Below are positions 50,824 through 64,000 of a stretch of 64,000 nucleotides of DNA, in pieces (position 1 is the stretch's first letter; each line of letters opens with the position of its first letter). The stretch comes from Microthyrium microscopicum (taxonomy: Eukaryota). Made by a program: the position numbers and the translations under genes. The DNA is taken from NCBI GenBank assembly GCA_010405405.1, contig MU004247.1, positions 62,001 to 126,000 of the forward strand, written 5' to 3'. A model generated the notes under the pieces. It was not told the origin of the DNA. It was given only the letters and a program-made list of their open reading frames with translations, and searched no databases.

Positions 50824-53800
50824 CAGTGTTGGCATCTGACTCACTTAACTCTGACTCGGACTTAACTTAGGCCCAATTGGGTAATTATTACGACTAACTT
50901 AACTAACTTAACTAATAGAAACTCTAGGATTTAGACTTAATTTAGACTAGTACTATATTTTAAAAGACTAACTTAACTTAAACTTAAGTTACTTAATAAG
51001 TTACTTAAGTCTAAGTCGCACTAATTCTTAAAATAGAATATACTAGCCTAATTAAGTTAAAAGCTATACTATTTAACTTAGCTAGATCTATAGAATTTAG
51101 ATCTATTTTTTATTTTTTAATATTATATCTTTATCTAGAGCTATACTAGTTTAAAGATTAGAAGTATTTTATTCTTTAATAATTATATATAAAATATTAC
51201 CTAATAGACTAAATTATAGTTAGATTTACCTAATATTTTATATTTAGTATATTTATATTTATAATAATAGGGAAAAAAATAAATTAGACTTAAATATTAT
51301 AATTATTACTTCTAATAGTAATATAATAGAATTAAGAACAATAATTAAATAGAGAAAATACTTAAAGATAAAATAAAATAAATATATTTTATAAAAATAA
51401 TAAATATTAAGATTTATTACTAAAGTTATATATATTTTAATTTATTAGAGTCTTAGGAATCTAAATATACTATTAGTTTTTAAGAAACTCTAGTATATAT
51501 TTATTTATTATCTAATTACTAATTTTAATTATTTTTATAAAAAGTAATATTTACTTAATATAGCTTAAATACTTCTATATCTTAACAATATATAGAGAAA
51601 ACTATATTATTAAATAGAGAAAAATTACCTCTATAGAATAGCTTAATTAGACTTTCTTATTTAGGCCTAGTTACGTTTTAAAATAAATAGAACCAAGTAT
51701 AATAATATATTTTATATTTAGAGTATAAATATTAAATAAGACTATTTTTAGTAGTTATAGTATAGAATATAGTTATTATAATATACTTTATAGTTTTTAG
51801 GATATATTAGTTTTTATTTAAATATATAAGTTATTTATTATTTTATTAAAAATAAATAAAATTAAAAAACTTATATATTCTTATTTACTAAGTATTTATA
51901 TACTATTATATTACTATTTATATACTTTTTATATCTAAATTTTTAAAGAAATATAATACTACTATTACTAATTCTTATATACTTACTCTTTAATTACTTA
52001 TTCTACTTACTAATAACTTTACTTTTTTATTAAATTCTTTTATTTTAACTCCTTTTTTTTATTTATTTCTAACTAAAATATAACTATAACTCTATAACGC
52101 CTAAACATTATAACTAGCTACTTAGTATCTACTATTTCTTACTCTTTTGCCTTCTCTAGCTTATATATATCTACTATTCCTTATATTTTTATTTAAATAA
52201 TCTTTTTAGCCATTTTAGCTACTAATTTATTTCTATCTTTAGTAATAATATCTCCTCTAATCCTAAAGGTACTCTTAATAGCTCTAGAAGTAGAAGGTAT
52301 TATTAAATACTTTTTAGCTAGATAAAATAAAACAAGATAAACTATTTATTTTTCTATCTAGTATTTAATAGGAAGTATTTTAGAACTTAGACGTATTTCT
52401 TCTAAATAACAAATATATTTAGGCTAACTAATAGCTTCATTAGTACTTTTAGAAGGCTTAATATAAAATAGATTATTATCGTTATCTTCTTTAGGATCTA
52501 GAGAACTTATATCCTAATTAATAAAAGTTTTAGGAAATAGCTTTTTAGTAGTAGTATTATATTTTTCTTTAAAAAGAATAGTAACGTTATTTAAAATCTA
52601 ACTATAATAATAATAAAAGGCATTAAAAGAGTTCTTAAAATATAAAAGCTTATATCTAGGATCTAGTACTAGAGCTAAAATATAAGGTTTTAATTATAAA
52701 ACCTTTTCAAAACTAGAAATCCTTTTAGGAAAGTATTTATCTAGCTTTTTAATACTATATTCTATAGCTTTTATAAAGTATTTACGATTAAGATAATTAG
52801 TATCTAATATAGTATTAATAAATATTTAAAATACTAGTCTTTTAGCTTCTAAGCCTCTAAAAAGATTATAAATATATAAAAGAGCTATATTTATAGTAGT
52901 ATAAATTTAGCTTTATAATTAAACTATAGGAATAATAAATAACTCTAGTATATCCCTTAAATTCTTTAGCGCTATTTAATCCTATAAAGATAAAGTAAAC
53001 TTCTTTTTAAACTTCTTATCTTTAGTATTTTGAAAGATATATTTAATAGTAATTTTAAGCTTTATTAAGCAATCTAGCATATAATGCGTAGAATTTCATC
53101 TAGTTTTTTGGTCTAGAGGCACCTTAGTAATCTATATCTTTTTATTAATTTCTTCTATTTTAATAGTAAGCTTTTAATAATTATTAAAGTTAGTTTTATA
53201 TTTATAAATATATTTAATAGCTATAACTACTTTTCTAGTTTTACCTAGTATTCCTTTAGATGCTATATTATCTAAAGCTACTTCTATTTAAGAATTTATA
53301 CTTCTAGCATTTAGAATAATATTTATAAATCTAGTTAAACTAACTTCTTTATTATAATTAATTTAAAATTAAGCTAAAATATCTTTTGTAACTAAATTAA
53401 TAATATATGTAGTATAATAAATATTATAGAAGTCTATAGTAATTCCTACTAGTTCTTTTTCGTATTATAGCTATTTAATAAGTATCTTATTATTTAATAC
53501 ATTATCTCTAATAAAACTAATAATATTTATAATATCTAAATCAAAAGTTCTAAGAATATTTATAAAAACAGAATAAAGATAAATACTAGTATATCTTTTA
53601 GTTAATTCTTTAAAGCCTAATAGCTTATATTAAATTTTGTAGTCTTAATCTATATAAATAGCAATTACGCCTAATATAGCTATTTAATTATTAGACGTCT
53701 ATGCATCTAAAGTAATTATAATATAATTATTACGTAAAATAACTACTTTAAGATCTTGTTTTAATTTATTTAAAGTAGTATTATAAGTAGAATATAATAA

Positions 53801-54761
53801 AGCTCTAAGGTTTTTATAGTTAATATTAGGAGAATACTAATTATAATATTATAGAAGCTCTATAAAAGATTTAGAACTATACATATTAAAAGAAAGATTA
53901 TTTTTAATTAAAAACTTTAAAACTAAATATAAAGTACCTTCTTTACTAAATTCTTAGCTAGTATTAGCTTTAGTACGCTTATATTTAGCTATAGTCTAAG
54001 GTATATTAACTTCTTAGCTATCTAGTCTAGCTTTATATTAAAATATAGTTTCTTTGCCTTTATCTAATTCTACTTTTCTATTAGTAGTAATAGTTTTATA
54101 GTAATTTTTATAATATCTATTTAAATTAGACGTTAAATAACTTTTTAAGGCTTAAATATTAGTAATTTTATTACATAGAGTATATATAGTACGTACTTAT
54201 TTAAGCTTAGTAAGATCTATAGGTAGTAATTCTCTTATAAAAAGCTTATTAGATAAAGTATAAAACTTAGAATTTTTATTTATTAATTTAAATTTTAGAT
54301 TATTATAGCTATTACTAGTAATAGTACTATTGCTATTAGATATATTAGATACGCTATTATTAGGAGCTAAAGAACCTTAACTTTAGTTAAAGCTAGAACC
54401 TAGCATATTACTATCTACTATAATAAAAGATAGAATTTCTATAAAAATAAAAAGCAAAAAAAAGATATACTAGTTTAAAAACCTAGATAAAAAAAACTAA
54501 ATTAGTAAATATTTAGCTAGATATAACTACGTAAAGAATCTAAAATAGCTAGTCTTAAATAGAAAAACTAAATATAGTAGAAAATAAATAAGAAACTTTT
54601 TTTTTAAATTTAAATTCTTTTAGATATTTTTTTAGATATAAGTAAATCTAATAGCAAAATTGCTAGAATAAGAGTAAAATAGATATAAAACAAATAGTTA
54701 AAGTAAATAGAAAAGCTATAAAGCTATAATTGAACTAAAAGCTTAGAAATATACTAGAAAA
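50824..54761 (-). mobile_element. RIP-inactivated hAT DNA transposon; transposase relic ~52200-54400
   Basis: Minus-strand relics: BED finger RTI(C)TLC..TSNLNR(H) ~54100-54200; TLDA(W*)TSNN ~53700; DQKTR(W*)NSTHYML ~53080-53115; IPSTS.AI.STF dimerisation motif ~52270-52300; CAGTG terminus at 50824 with GACTC/GACTT subterminal repeats. Confidence 0.85.
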
Positions 54762-57045
54762 TGTTATAGATCCTCTTCGTTAAGATCTCTTTACAAGATC
54801 TCTAGCATCCCTATTACGTAATGCTAAGGGCTTAGCGCCTAAGGTTTAGCTAGCATAGAGCTTATCTCTTACTAGCCCTAATCCCTCTTCTAGATTCTTT
54901 GTTTTAGTTTTCTTAAATTATATCTATATCTAGATTATACTCCTTATATCTATAGCTTCTTAATATAAAACTAAGACCGCTCTAATATTTAAAACCTTTT
55001 TTTTAAAACGCGCCTACTAATATTATAAGATTTAATAATTTACGCGTCTAAAATCTACTATTCTATATAAAAATAGGTCTTTAGATTTATAAGAATAATA
55101 ACTTTACTAGCGTAGAGATTTATATATAAGGACTAAATAGCTCCGTTAGTATAGACTAATTAGTAATTAAGAAGAAGATCTTAGCGTCTTCTACTTTATA
55201 TCTACTAGACCTATAGTAATAGCTTCGTCTTATATCTATATTTTCTTCTATATACCTAAATTAATAGTAATAAACCTAAATTAAGAATTACTTTTAAATA
55301 AAATGCCTAAACCCTATTCTAAACTTACTACTCTAATAAAGTAAATCGTTTAGAAGACCTTAGCTAAACCTTATGCATTAGTGCTATCTACTTATTATTA
55401 TATAATACTAATCCTACGAACTATATTTAGTAAACTAATTAGTAGTCCTTAGTTAGAGATGCGCTTATAATCTAAAATTTAATAGCTCTAAGAGACTTAG
55501 TTTACTATATAGTAGTTAAATACTAATAACCTTAATAGTAATAATAATATACCTATACTACTTTGTAGCTATAGCTAGCGCTATTTCTCTATTTACTCCT
55601 ACTATTTTTCTTTAGCCTAAGCCCTAATCCTATTAAATATTATTAAATAACCTAAAGGTAGCGCTTAGAGTATATCTAAAAAGGATAAAGGTAAGAAAGT
55701 AGTACGTTATAACGTATAACTATATCTACTAGACTAAGATTAGATTAATTAAATCGCCCTTAAAGGTTAATACCTATAGTACTTTGTAATATACGTTAGC
55801 ATTACTCTATAAGATTAAACTCGTATTATCTTTATGTACCTTATATAAGACTAAGTAGTATTCTAAGTATAAGAGTCTCTAAACCTAGAAGGAAAAATTA
55901 GACCTATACTTATTAACTTTATTATACTCTACTATATTTAAGGCGAAGTAGAGCTAGAAGTTATTAAGGATAGAATAGGCTTTACTTATAGTATTAGCTT
56001 TTACGCTAATACTTAGTTTAAATAATTCTATAACTACGTTAAATTTACTTAAGCTATAAGTATTATTTTTAAAGCTATATATATTAACTTAGTAAATCTA
56101 TTAAAAGAATACTAGTATAATAAAGATAGTATATTAGACTTCTTTACTATATATAACGACGCTATAGTATAAAATTTTTTCCTATAGTAACGTATTTATA
56201 CCCTAAAAAGTAAAGCTGCCTAAATTATAAGTAAGGCTTATTAGTTAATTAAGTAATAACTATACCTTAAGGAATAAGATATAATTAACTACTATGAGGT
56301 AACTAGAGCTATAGATACTATTAAGCGTCTATATAACTCTTATACTAAAAAGCGTAATTAGATTATACTTCTAGAAGGAAAAATCTAAGATCTTAAAGAT
56401 TAACTAAGCAACTTAGCTTATAAGACTAAAGAACTAGCGTACTAAATAGACTCTAATAAGGAAGATACTATGCTACCTCCTTAGAGCTATTTATACCTAA
56501 ATCTTTGTCTTAATACTAAGAGCACTATACCTACCTTAAAAGCGTTAGTAAGCTTTAAGACTAACTTTGTATAAGAGTAGTAAAATCTTAGTACTTATAA
56601 TAGTAAAAAGTAAGACTTATATTCTTAATAGAAGCTTAAAGTTAAAGACTATCTCTACTACAAAGTATATACCTTTTCTACTAAGCTATTTTAAGCTATT
56701 TAGGTTCGTAGTAAATATAAAGACTTTATTCTTAGCTTCGTTATTAATTATGCTTAATATAACGTACTTAATCTATATACTTCTATAGTAGAGTTTTAGG
56801 ATAATCTTAACTACTATTTTAAAGGTACTAATAAGTATAAAGCTACTTTTCTTTAGTTATAGAATTCATCTAATAAGATAAAGAAGACTAACGACTTAAA
56901 CTCTTACTTAGTTAAGTTTGCTAGCAAAACTAATAGAGCTTACTTATCTAATATTAATAAACTAACTTATATACTATTAGAAATAGGTTGTTCTAAGTAG
57001 GTAAAGACTATAATTATTATGGTTTAAGTAGATACGTAAAAATAA
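54762..57045 (+). mobile_element. RIP-mutated LTR retrotransposon 5' part (LTR plus gag relic), truncated
   Basis: Starts TGTTATAG (TG.. LTR-like end); ATG near 55303 begins a stop-riddled frame; de-RIPed zinc knuckle (C)N(H)(C)GLS(G)(H)V near 57006-57040. Confidence 0.55.
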
Positions 57046-60000
57046 AGATAAGAGTAATTACTAGAAAGTTACTTAAACTCTTATAATCCCTTTTCTTTAT
57101 TACTTAGAGCTATAAGGACTTTATTAAGCTATTTATATTTATAATAAATCGTTATTAGTTAATCTAACTAATAATACTTTATTCTATATAGATATATTTT
57201 ATTAATAGTTATCTTAAACTAGAGGTATCCTAATTTCTAATATTATCTTCCTTCTTAAGGCTATTTATCCTAAAGAGTACTTTTAAAGGTTCTAATAGAT
57301 ATTTCTTATACTTATATATAGTTTTTAACTATACTCTATTATATTAAGACTTAGAAGAGGATAAGGCTTAACTAAATATATAGAATTAAGTTACTTATAT
57401 CTTAAAGAGTCTTTTATAGCTTAATAATATTCTTATTCTTTAGCTTTAGTATATTACTTATTTAAGATAGATAGTCCTCTATTTTTTACTTACTCTAGAT
57501 AAATAGCTCTCTATTTTCTACTAGTCTTAGGCTATAATTAACTATATTAACTTAAACTTAAAGAAGTCTAGTTATTAAGGTTTAATATATTAGTAAGATA
57601 TCTAATAAGTAGTTAATAGCTTTATTAGAGTCTTAATTAGTTAATACTAGCTTTATTAAAGCTAAATTAACCTATTTATAAATATAGTATAGTACTACTA
57701 TTTATATTTAATTAAATCTTATTAAAATACTACTAAATAGTTATTTTATATATAGTATAAGTTATTTAGTTATTAAAATATATATAGCTTAACTTAGTTA
57801 GTTATACTATATTAGCTATACTAAATTTATATTAGTTTAGTATAATTAGCTTTATAATAAGTTAGGTAGCTATAACTTATATATAAAACTACTTTATAAG
57901 CTTTATTTAGTTCTAAATTAAAGATATATTTTAACTCTATTTTATATTAAAAAGAGTTCTTAAAGAAGTACCTTTTATATATATATTTTAACGCTTCTTA
58001 TATCTAATTAAGAGTTATTTTACGTTATTTATAGTAAAGTATTTAAATCTTTACTTAAAAGTTTAAAGACTTTAAGGTTAAGATTATACTTTCTTATTTA
58101 AGAAGTTATAACTTTTTTAAGTACTTATTATACTATATATAACTTCTTTTTATTATAGAAGGCTTTTATAAGTCTTTACTAAGTATTATTATATTAATAC
58201 TTAGCTATTTTAAAAAGATAAAGAAATTTAGGTATAAAATAACTTTTCTTACTTTAAATCTTTTATCTTTTATTTTTTATACTCTAAATTTTAAGGTAAG
58301 TAGAAATTCTATAGTTTTATAAATATATATAAAAATTATTATTATTAATATATTTTACGTTATAGGTTCTTCTTTAATAACTATAAATTTTCTTTTTTTA
58401 GTTATTAAGCTACTTAGTACTTTTTTAGGTACTTTTAACCTATTTTAGTATATTTTATATCCTTCTAACTTTTAATAATTTATCTTAACTAATCTATATA
58501 CTTTTAAATCTATCTTTATTTAAAGTAGGTATTAATATAAATAAGTTACTTAAAGATTCTATTAAAGGCTCTTAGGTTCTTACTAAGGGTAACTTTAACT
58601 CTAGTAAGACTATAGTAACTATTTCTACTAGTAATAATATTATTATATCCTATAATAACTAAATCTTAATTATTAATATTATAGACTTTACTAAAATAGT
58701 CTCTAAGAATAAAATAAAGTAAAAATATACTAATAAGAGTATTATAGCCTTACTTAGCTTATTATAGTATTACTTAACCTTAAATCCCTATTAGTATTAT
58801 ATAGAGGTCTATATTATATATTTTTCTCTTTTTTTAACTACTAAACTTTACCTTATTCCTAACTTAGACTATTATTATACTTAATAAGTTAGTTTAGGTA
58901 AATACTTTATTAAATACTTTAATATAAAGTTAACTAAGAATTATCTAGAAGTAGTATCTTATTCTAGCTTATTTTATATTATATTATACTAATATAGATA
59001 AATTATTCTTTATTAGAACCTTTATAATAAGGCTAAGCTTATCTTAGTCTATATTATAATTAATAAGGTTATTTATACTCTTAAGAATAGTTTTTAAAAT
59101 AAATTATTCTATAAAGATAAGTATATATTTTATAGTAGTATTTAGTATACTTATAAGTATATAGTAACTCTTTATAAGTTATAAGTACTTATTTTAACTA
59201 ATTCTAGTCTAGTTTTATATATTTAGATACTAATTAGTTTATAATTATATATCTAAGTAGCTAGTAGCTAACTTCTTTTTATTATATTTTAGTATTATTA
59301 AGAGTAGCTTCTATATAACCTACGCATTTATTAACTACTATATAGGTACTAAAGCTATCTAAAAGCTAGTAGATAATAGTCTTTTAGAATTAAAGAAGTA
59401 TATTATAGCTTATATAGTTCTCTTAGCTACTAATATTTAATTTTATCTTTCTAAGTACTTTAAGTACTATAATATACTATATTCTTAGTATTAAGACTTC
59501 TACTATATTATTAGTTCTTAAAAACCTAACTTATCTTAGGTAAGTCTTTTTATATTTATAATAAGTTACTTTATATCTAACTATCTTATAGTAATTTACT
59601 AATACTAAGAATAATCTAAGTAGCGTCTTTATAAACTCTTAAGTACTTCTTAAGTACTATAAAGCTTATTTTAGTACTTTTAAGTACTAAAAAGTTAAAG
59701 CTTATATTAAAAAGGCTATTAAAGTCTTCTATAAAGATAGTTATATTAATAAGAACTATTCTAAGATTAAAGCTATAAGTTTTACTATAAAAAAGCGTAA
59801 AATAGGCTAGGTAGCTTCTTCTTAAGTTAAAATAGAGTTAGATAGATTATTTTAGGTTTTTTAGAATTTAGTATTATCTATACTTAGCCTTAATTAGCTA
59901 AGTAGGGCTATTTCTTATTATATTAAGTTATTTTACGTCTTTTAAGGATAGGTTAGTTAGTAGATATTCTTTTAAGACTTCTTAAGGATAGGTTTATTAG

Positions 60001-60449
60001 TAGATACTCTTATAAAACTATTATATAGCTAATTTAACTCTTAGTTAGAAATTACTTATTCTTTTATATATTTTCTAATATATATTTTAACTCTATTTTA
60101 TATTAAAAAGAGTTCTTAAAAAAGTATTCTTTCTATACGTATAAAGACTTATTTTATATATTATTCTAAGTTATTTTATATATTTATAACTTAGTAGTTT
60201 TCTTATATACTTATTATCTAGTACTATTTTTAAGTTACTTTAGGTTAATTTATTATAATATATATATAAAGAGGTTAATTTTAGGTTCTAATTAGTAAGA
60301 AAATTATAAAATAACTATTCTCTTTCTTTAAAAGCTTATTTTAAGTCTTTTAAGTCTTCTTTAGCCTTCCTAGCTATTTTTTTAGTCTTATAGAGTTAAG
60401 ATTTATTAACCTATTTATAATATTATTTAGATATATTATTTTATATTTA

Positions 60450-63400
60450 ACTACTTCTTTAATTATATTTATAGTAAGTATAATACTCTTTTTAGCTAAC
60501 TTTATATAATAGCGCTTTAAAGTAATTAAAAAAAGATTAGCTATAAGCTCCTAAGTTAATTCTAATTCTAGGTAACCTTTCTATTTTATAAGGTAGTAGT
60601 ATTTATCCCTTTTATTTACTATATACTTTATTACTTCTTCTATATTATATATATTTAAGTCTTCTAGGTTTAAAGAATCCTATAATAATATAGACTTTTA
60701 TAGAAAGTAAAAGTTTAGCTTATATAGCTCTAATAGAAAAATATAAAATATATTATAGACTTATATATTCTTTAAGAGGTTAAGCTAGTAAATATTAGTA
60801 TTTATAACCTTTATAATCTTAAAGAGGCCTATATACTTAATATTAAGCTTCTTTTTAACGTAAGTAGTCTAAATATTCTTTATATTAAGTAAGACTTAGT
60901 TACTAATATTTAAATAAACGTTTTTCTTCTTTTTATTATACTAGTTAGCTTAGTATAGCTATACTTTAGCTAATTTATTCCTTATTATATATTATAAAAA
61001 TAAGATATAGTTTACTATCTTTTTAGTATTAAGTATAATACTTTTTAATAGTATTTTAGCTAATTTAGGAATATAGGAGTTCCTTTTAGTATATATAATA
61101 AAAGAAGTAACTCTAGTTAATAAGTAAATACTATTATTATAGTTAAACTTAGCTAAACTAAGCTATTTTACCTAATTATTCTATTTCTAATACTTATAAA
61201 TCTATAAGTAGTACTTAACTTCCTAGTTTAAGTACTCTATTTAACTATTAATCTATAGGTAGAATGCTATTAAGAGCTTTTTAAGAATAGAAAGGTAATA
61301 AAGAAATGTTTTTTAATACTTAAAAATAAAGAGAAGTCCTTAATTAAATATAATAATATAAAGTATATTATATAAGTATATAACTTTTTATAAAAAGATC
61401 TTAATAAAGTCTTTTATATCTATATCTTTTCTTATTAAGATATAGTAGGCTATTTTAGTTAGTTTATTAATAATTACTATAATAGAATTATAGATTTAAC
61501 TATTATAGATACTTAAGAGTAAATTTATAATAAAATCTATAATAATATCCTTCTATAGCGCTTTTAAGACTAGTAAAGCTATTAATAACTCTTTCTAGGC
61601 CTATTTAATAGATTTATTATATTAGTAGTTAAAATAAGCTTTATAATAGTCCTTAACGTTTTTTTAAATATAGTTCTAAGTATAGTAGCGCTTAATTTTC
61701 TTAAGTATCTTCTTTAACTCTCTATAACTACCTTTTATAGCGTTATTATAAAACCTTTATAGAATTTTCTTCTTTTATAACTTTTTCTTAATAAAAATAA
61801 GATTTTTACTTATCTATTTCTCTTTATCTAAGTTATTCTTAGCTAGAGAGGATTTATTAATAGCTAAAATTTTATTAGAGCTTATTTTTAGATACTTCTA
61901 AGTCTTAGTAGGCTTATCTTAACCTTTCTTAAGTTAGTTTATAGTAGAATACTATATATTAATACTAACGTACGTAATAATAAAGTTTATAAGTCTAATA
62001 GCGTTAGTTTTAGCTATAGAAATATTATTAAGCTATAACTTATTATAAAGTAGATTAAGTAATACTTTTATAGTCTTTTTCTATTCTTTTTAGCCCTTTT
62101 TAATATAGTCTAGACGTCTTAAGGGTCTATTAGCTAGATTTATTTTGCTTAGGTAATATTTAATATTAAAATTATATTCTAAGAGTAAATCTACCTATCT
62201 TATATATATTAATAATATTTTTAGTATTATTTTAAGTAATTTAAGGTTTATATAGTCTATTAAGACCTAAAATTAGTCTAGTAAGCCTTATAAGTACTTT
62301 CTAAATACTTTTAAGGAATCTATAATTACTAAGAACTCTTATTATAAAGTCTTATAGTAGCTCTCTAGTAGAAATAATTTCTAAGAATAAAATATAATAA
62401 GTTTCTATAAGCTATTCTAGCCCTTATTATACTATCTTTAGCTTAATATCTTATAAATTACCCTTCTAGAAGTATTAATTTCTAACTATATAGGAAGTAT
62501 AAAGTTAAAATAGGCTAAAATTAGTATATTTATAAAAGAATCTTTTAGTTTATTAAAAGAATCTAAGGTATCTAATAGTAATTTAATATTTATAGACTCT
62601 TTCTATTATAGCTTTAAGCCTTTTAGGGCCTAACCTAGTTCTTTCTAGATTAAGGCGTTTAGTAGTATAGTAATATAAAAGAATCTAGTATTAAATTAAT
62701 AATAATAATTTATAAAGCTAATAAATTTCCTTACTTAATATATATTACGTAGTTTTAGCTAATTTAGGTATATATTAACTTATAACTAATTTATAGTAAT
62801 ACTATCTAGGGTTATAATATAACCTAAATACTTTATACTACTAGTATAAAACTTATACTTAAATAGTTTTATATATAAATAGTATTCTATAAGTTACTAT
62901 AAAACTTCTTAGACGTCTTTAATATATTACTCCTTAATTTTAGAGTAAATAAGAATATTATTAAGGTAAATAATATATATTACGTCTATTAAGCTTCTTA
63001 ATACTTAATTAATATATACTTAGAAGGCTATAAGAGTATTTATAAGTCTAAATAGAACTATTATATATTTAAATATTCTATATTTAGTTCTAAATATAGT
63101 TTTCTACTTATTACTATCTTTAATACATAAATAGTAGTAAGCTTTATATAAGTTAAGGCTAGTAAAGAACTTAGTACCTTAAAGTCTATTTAAAGACTTC
63201 TTAATAAAAGGTAATATATACTAATTCTTAATAATAATATTATTTAGGCCTTAGTAGTTTATATAGAGTTATAATATCTTATCTTTCTTCTTTATAAAAA
63301 GGATAAAAGCTTTAGTAAAAAATCTTAACTTCTAAATTTAACCTCTTATAAGATAAGTATCTAAGTACTTATATAGAATAACTAACTTAGCTTCTAAGAA

Positions 63401-64000
63401 GCTATAAATAGGTCTATATAGTATTATAATACTTAGCTCTAGGTTAATCTTAAAGTCTTATAGACTATATTAAGCTAGTTTAAGTATATCTTATTTACTA
63501 AAGGCTTTAGTAAACTATAAATACTTACTTAGAAGCTTTTTTATAAATAAATTTAAGTCTAGTAATCTAACTAGATAATTAAATAGTTAGAATAAACTAT
63601 TCTAAGCTAACTTAAAAAACTTATTAATATTTATAGTCTCTATCTTACTATAAAAGCTACTAAAAAGTTACTTTTACATAAGAGTTTTATTCTTAAAGTC
63701 TAAAAGAGGATTCTACTTTTCTAACTAAGGCATTCTTATAATAATAAGGTAATATAAAGAGTCTATAATATAAAATAACTTTATCTTAGTCTTAGAGAGA
63801 CTATTTAAGTTAACTACTATTATTATAGCTTCTATAACTTTATAAATTTATATAGAAGTACTATTTAGATATATTATAAGTATCTTAGAGAAAAGAGTAA
63901 TATAAAGCTAAAGTTTTTTAGTTAATTTAATATCTATAATATTAAAGTATAATTTATAATTAACTATAATATCTAAGAATAAGGCCTCTTAGCCCTTATT
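60450..64000 (-). mobile_element. RIP-inactivated chromoviral Ty3/Gypsy pol (RT-integrase-chromodomain)
   Basis: De-RIPed RT VPFGLTNAP ~63030-63060 and YL(DD)ILIYS ~62943-62970; integrase tail (H)N(V)F(H)..LLE(P)Y ~60720-60760; chromodomain YYLIK(W)KGY(P)E.E.T(W)E ~60545-60600. Confidence 0.88.

Larger units (their letters stand above)
50824..64000. repeat. AT-rich, RIP-mutated transposon block
   Basis: Abrupt compositional switch, TpA excess, CpA/TpG depletion, and only one short ORF in 13 kb. Confidence 0.95.

Noticed and set aside
56567..56788. 73-aa ORF in the AT-rich block
   Set aside because: Chance I/L/K/Y-rich frame in RIP-mutated TE sequence.
50824..64000. Mitochondrial insertion or centromere
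   Set aside because: TpA bias and TE motifs explain the AT richness; no mitochondrial genes seen; centromere status cannot be judged from sequence.

Overview
Filamentous-ascomycete (Pezizomycotina) genomic DNA. The gene content suggests a plant-associated Dothideomycete, but the taxon is not verifiable from sequence alone. Positions 1 to ~50,800 are a GC-balanced, gene-dense region with short GT-AG introns and about 25 genes. Housekeeping genes: Arp11/RO7-like actin-related protein, MFS sugar transporter, GNAT, SFH5, RKI1, NUP170/157 and a Sororin-like protein. Accessory genes: a HET-domain gene, three adjacent F-box-like genes, and many predicted secreted proteins (PL4 lyase, LIP lipase, alpha/beta hydrolase, metzincin, SGNH-like protein, and at least five small Cys-rich effector-like proteins, two forming a divergent tandem paralog pair). 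From ~50,820 to the end the DNA is abruptly AT/TpA-rich with almost no ORFs, as expected after RIP. It holds a dead hAT transposon, a nested LTR/gag fragment, an unassigned block and a chromoviral Ty3/Gypsy pol. Exon structures were read by eye and are predictions.
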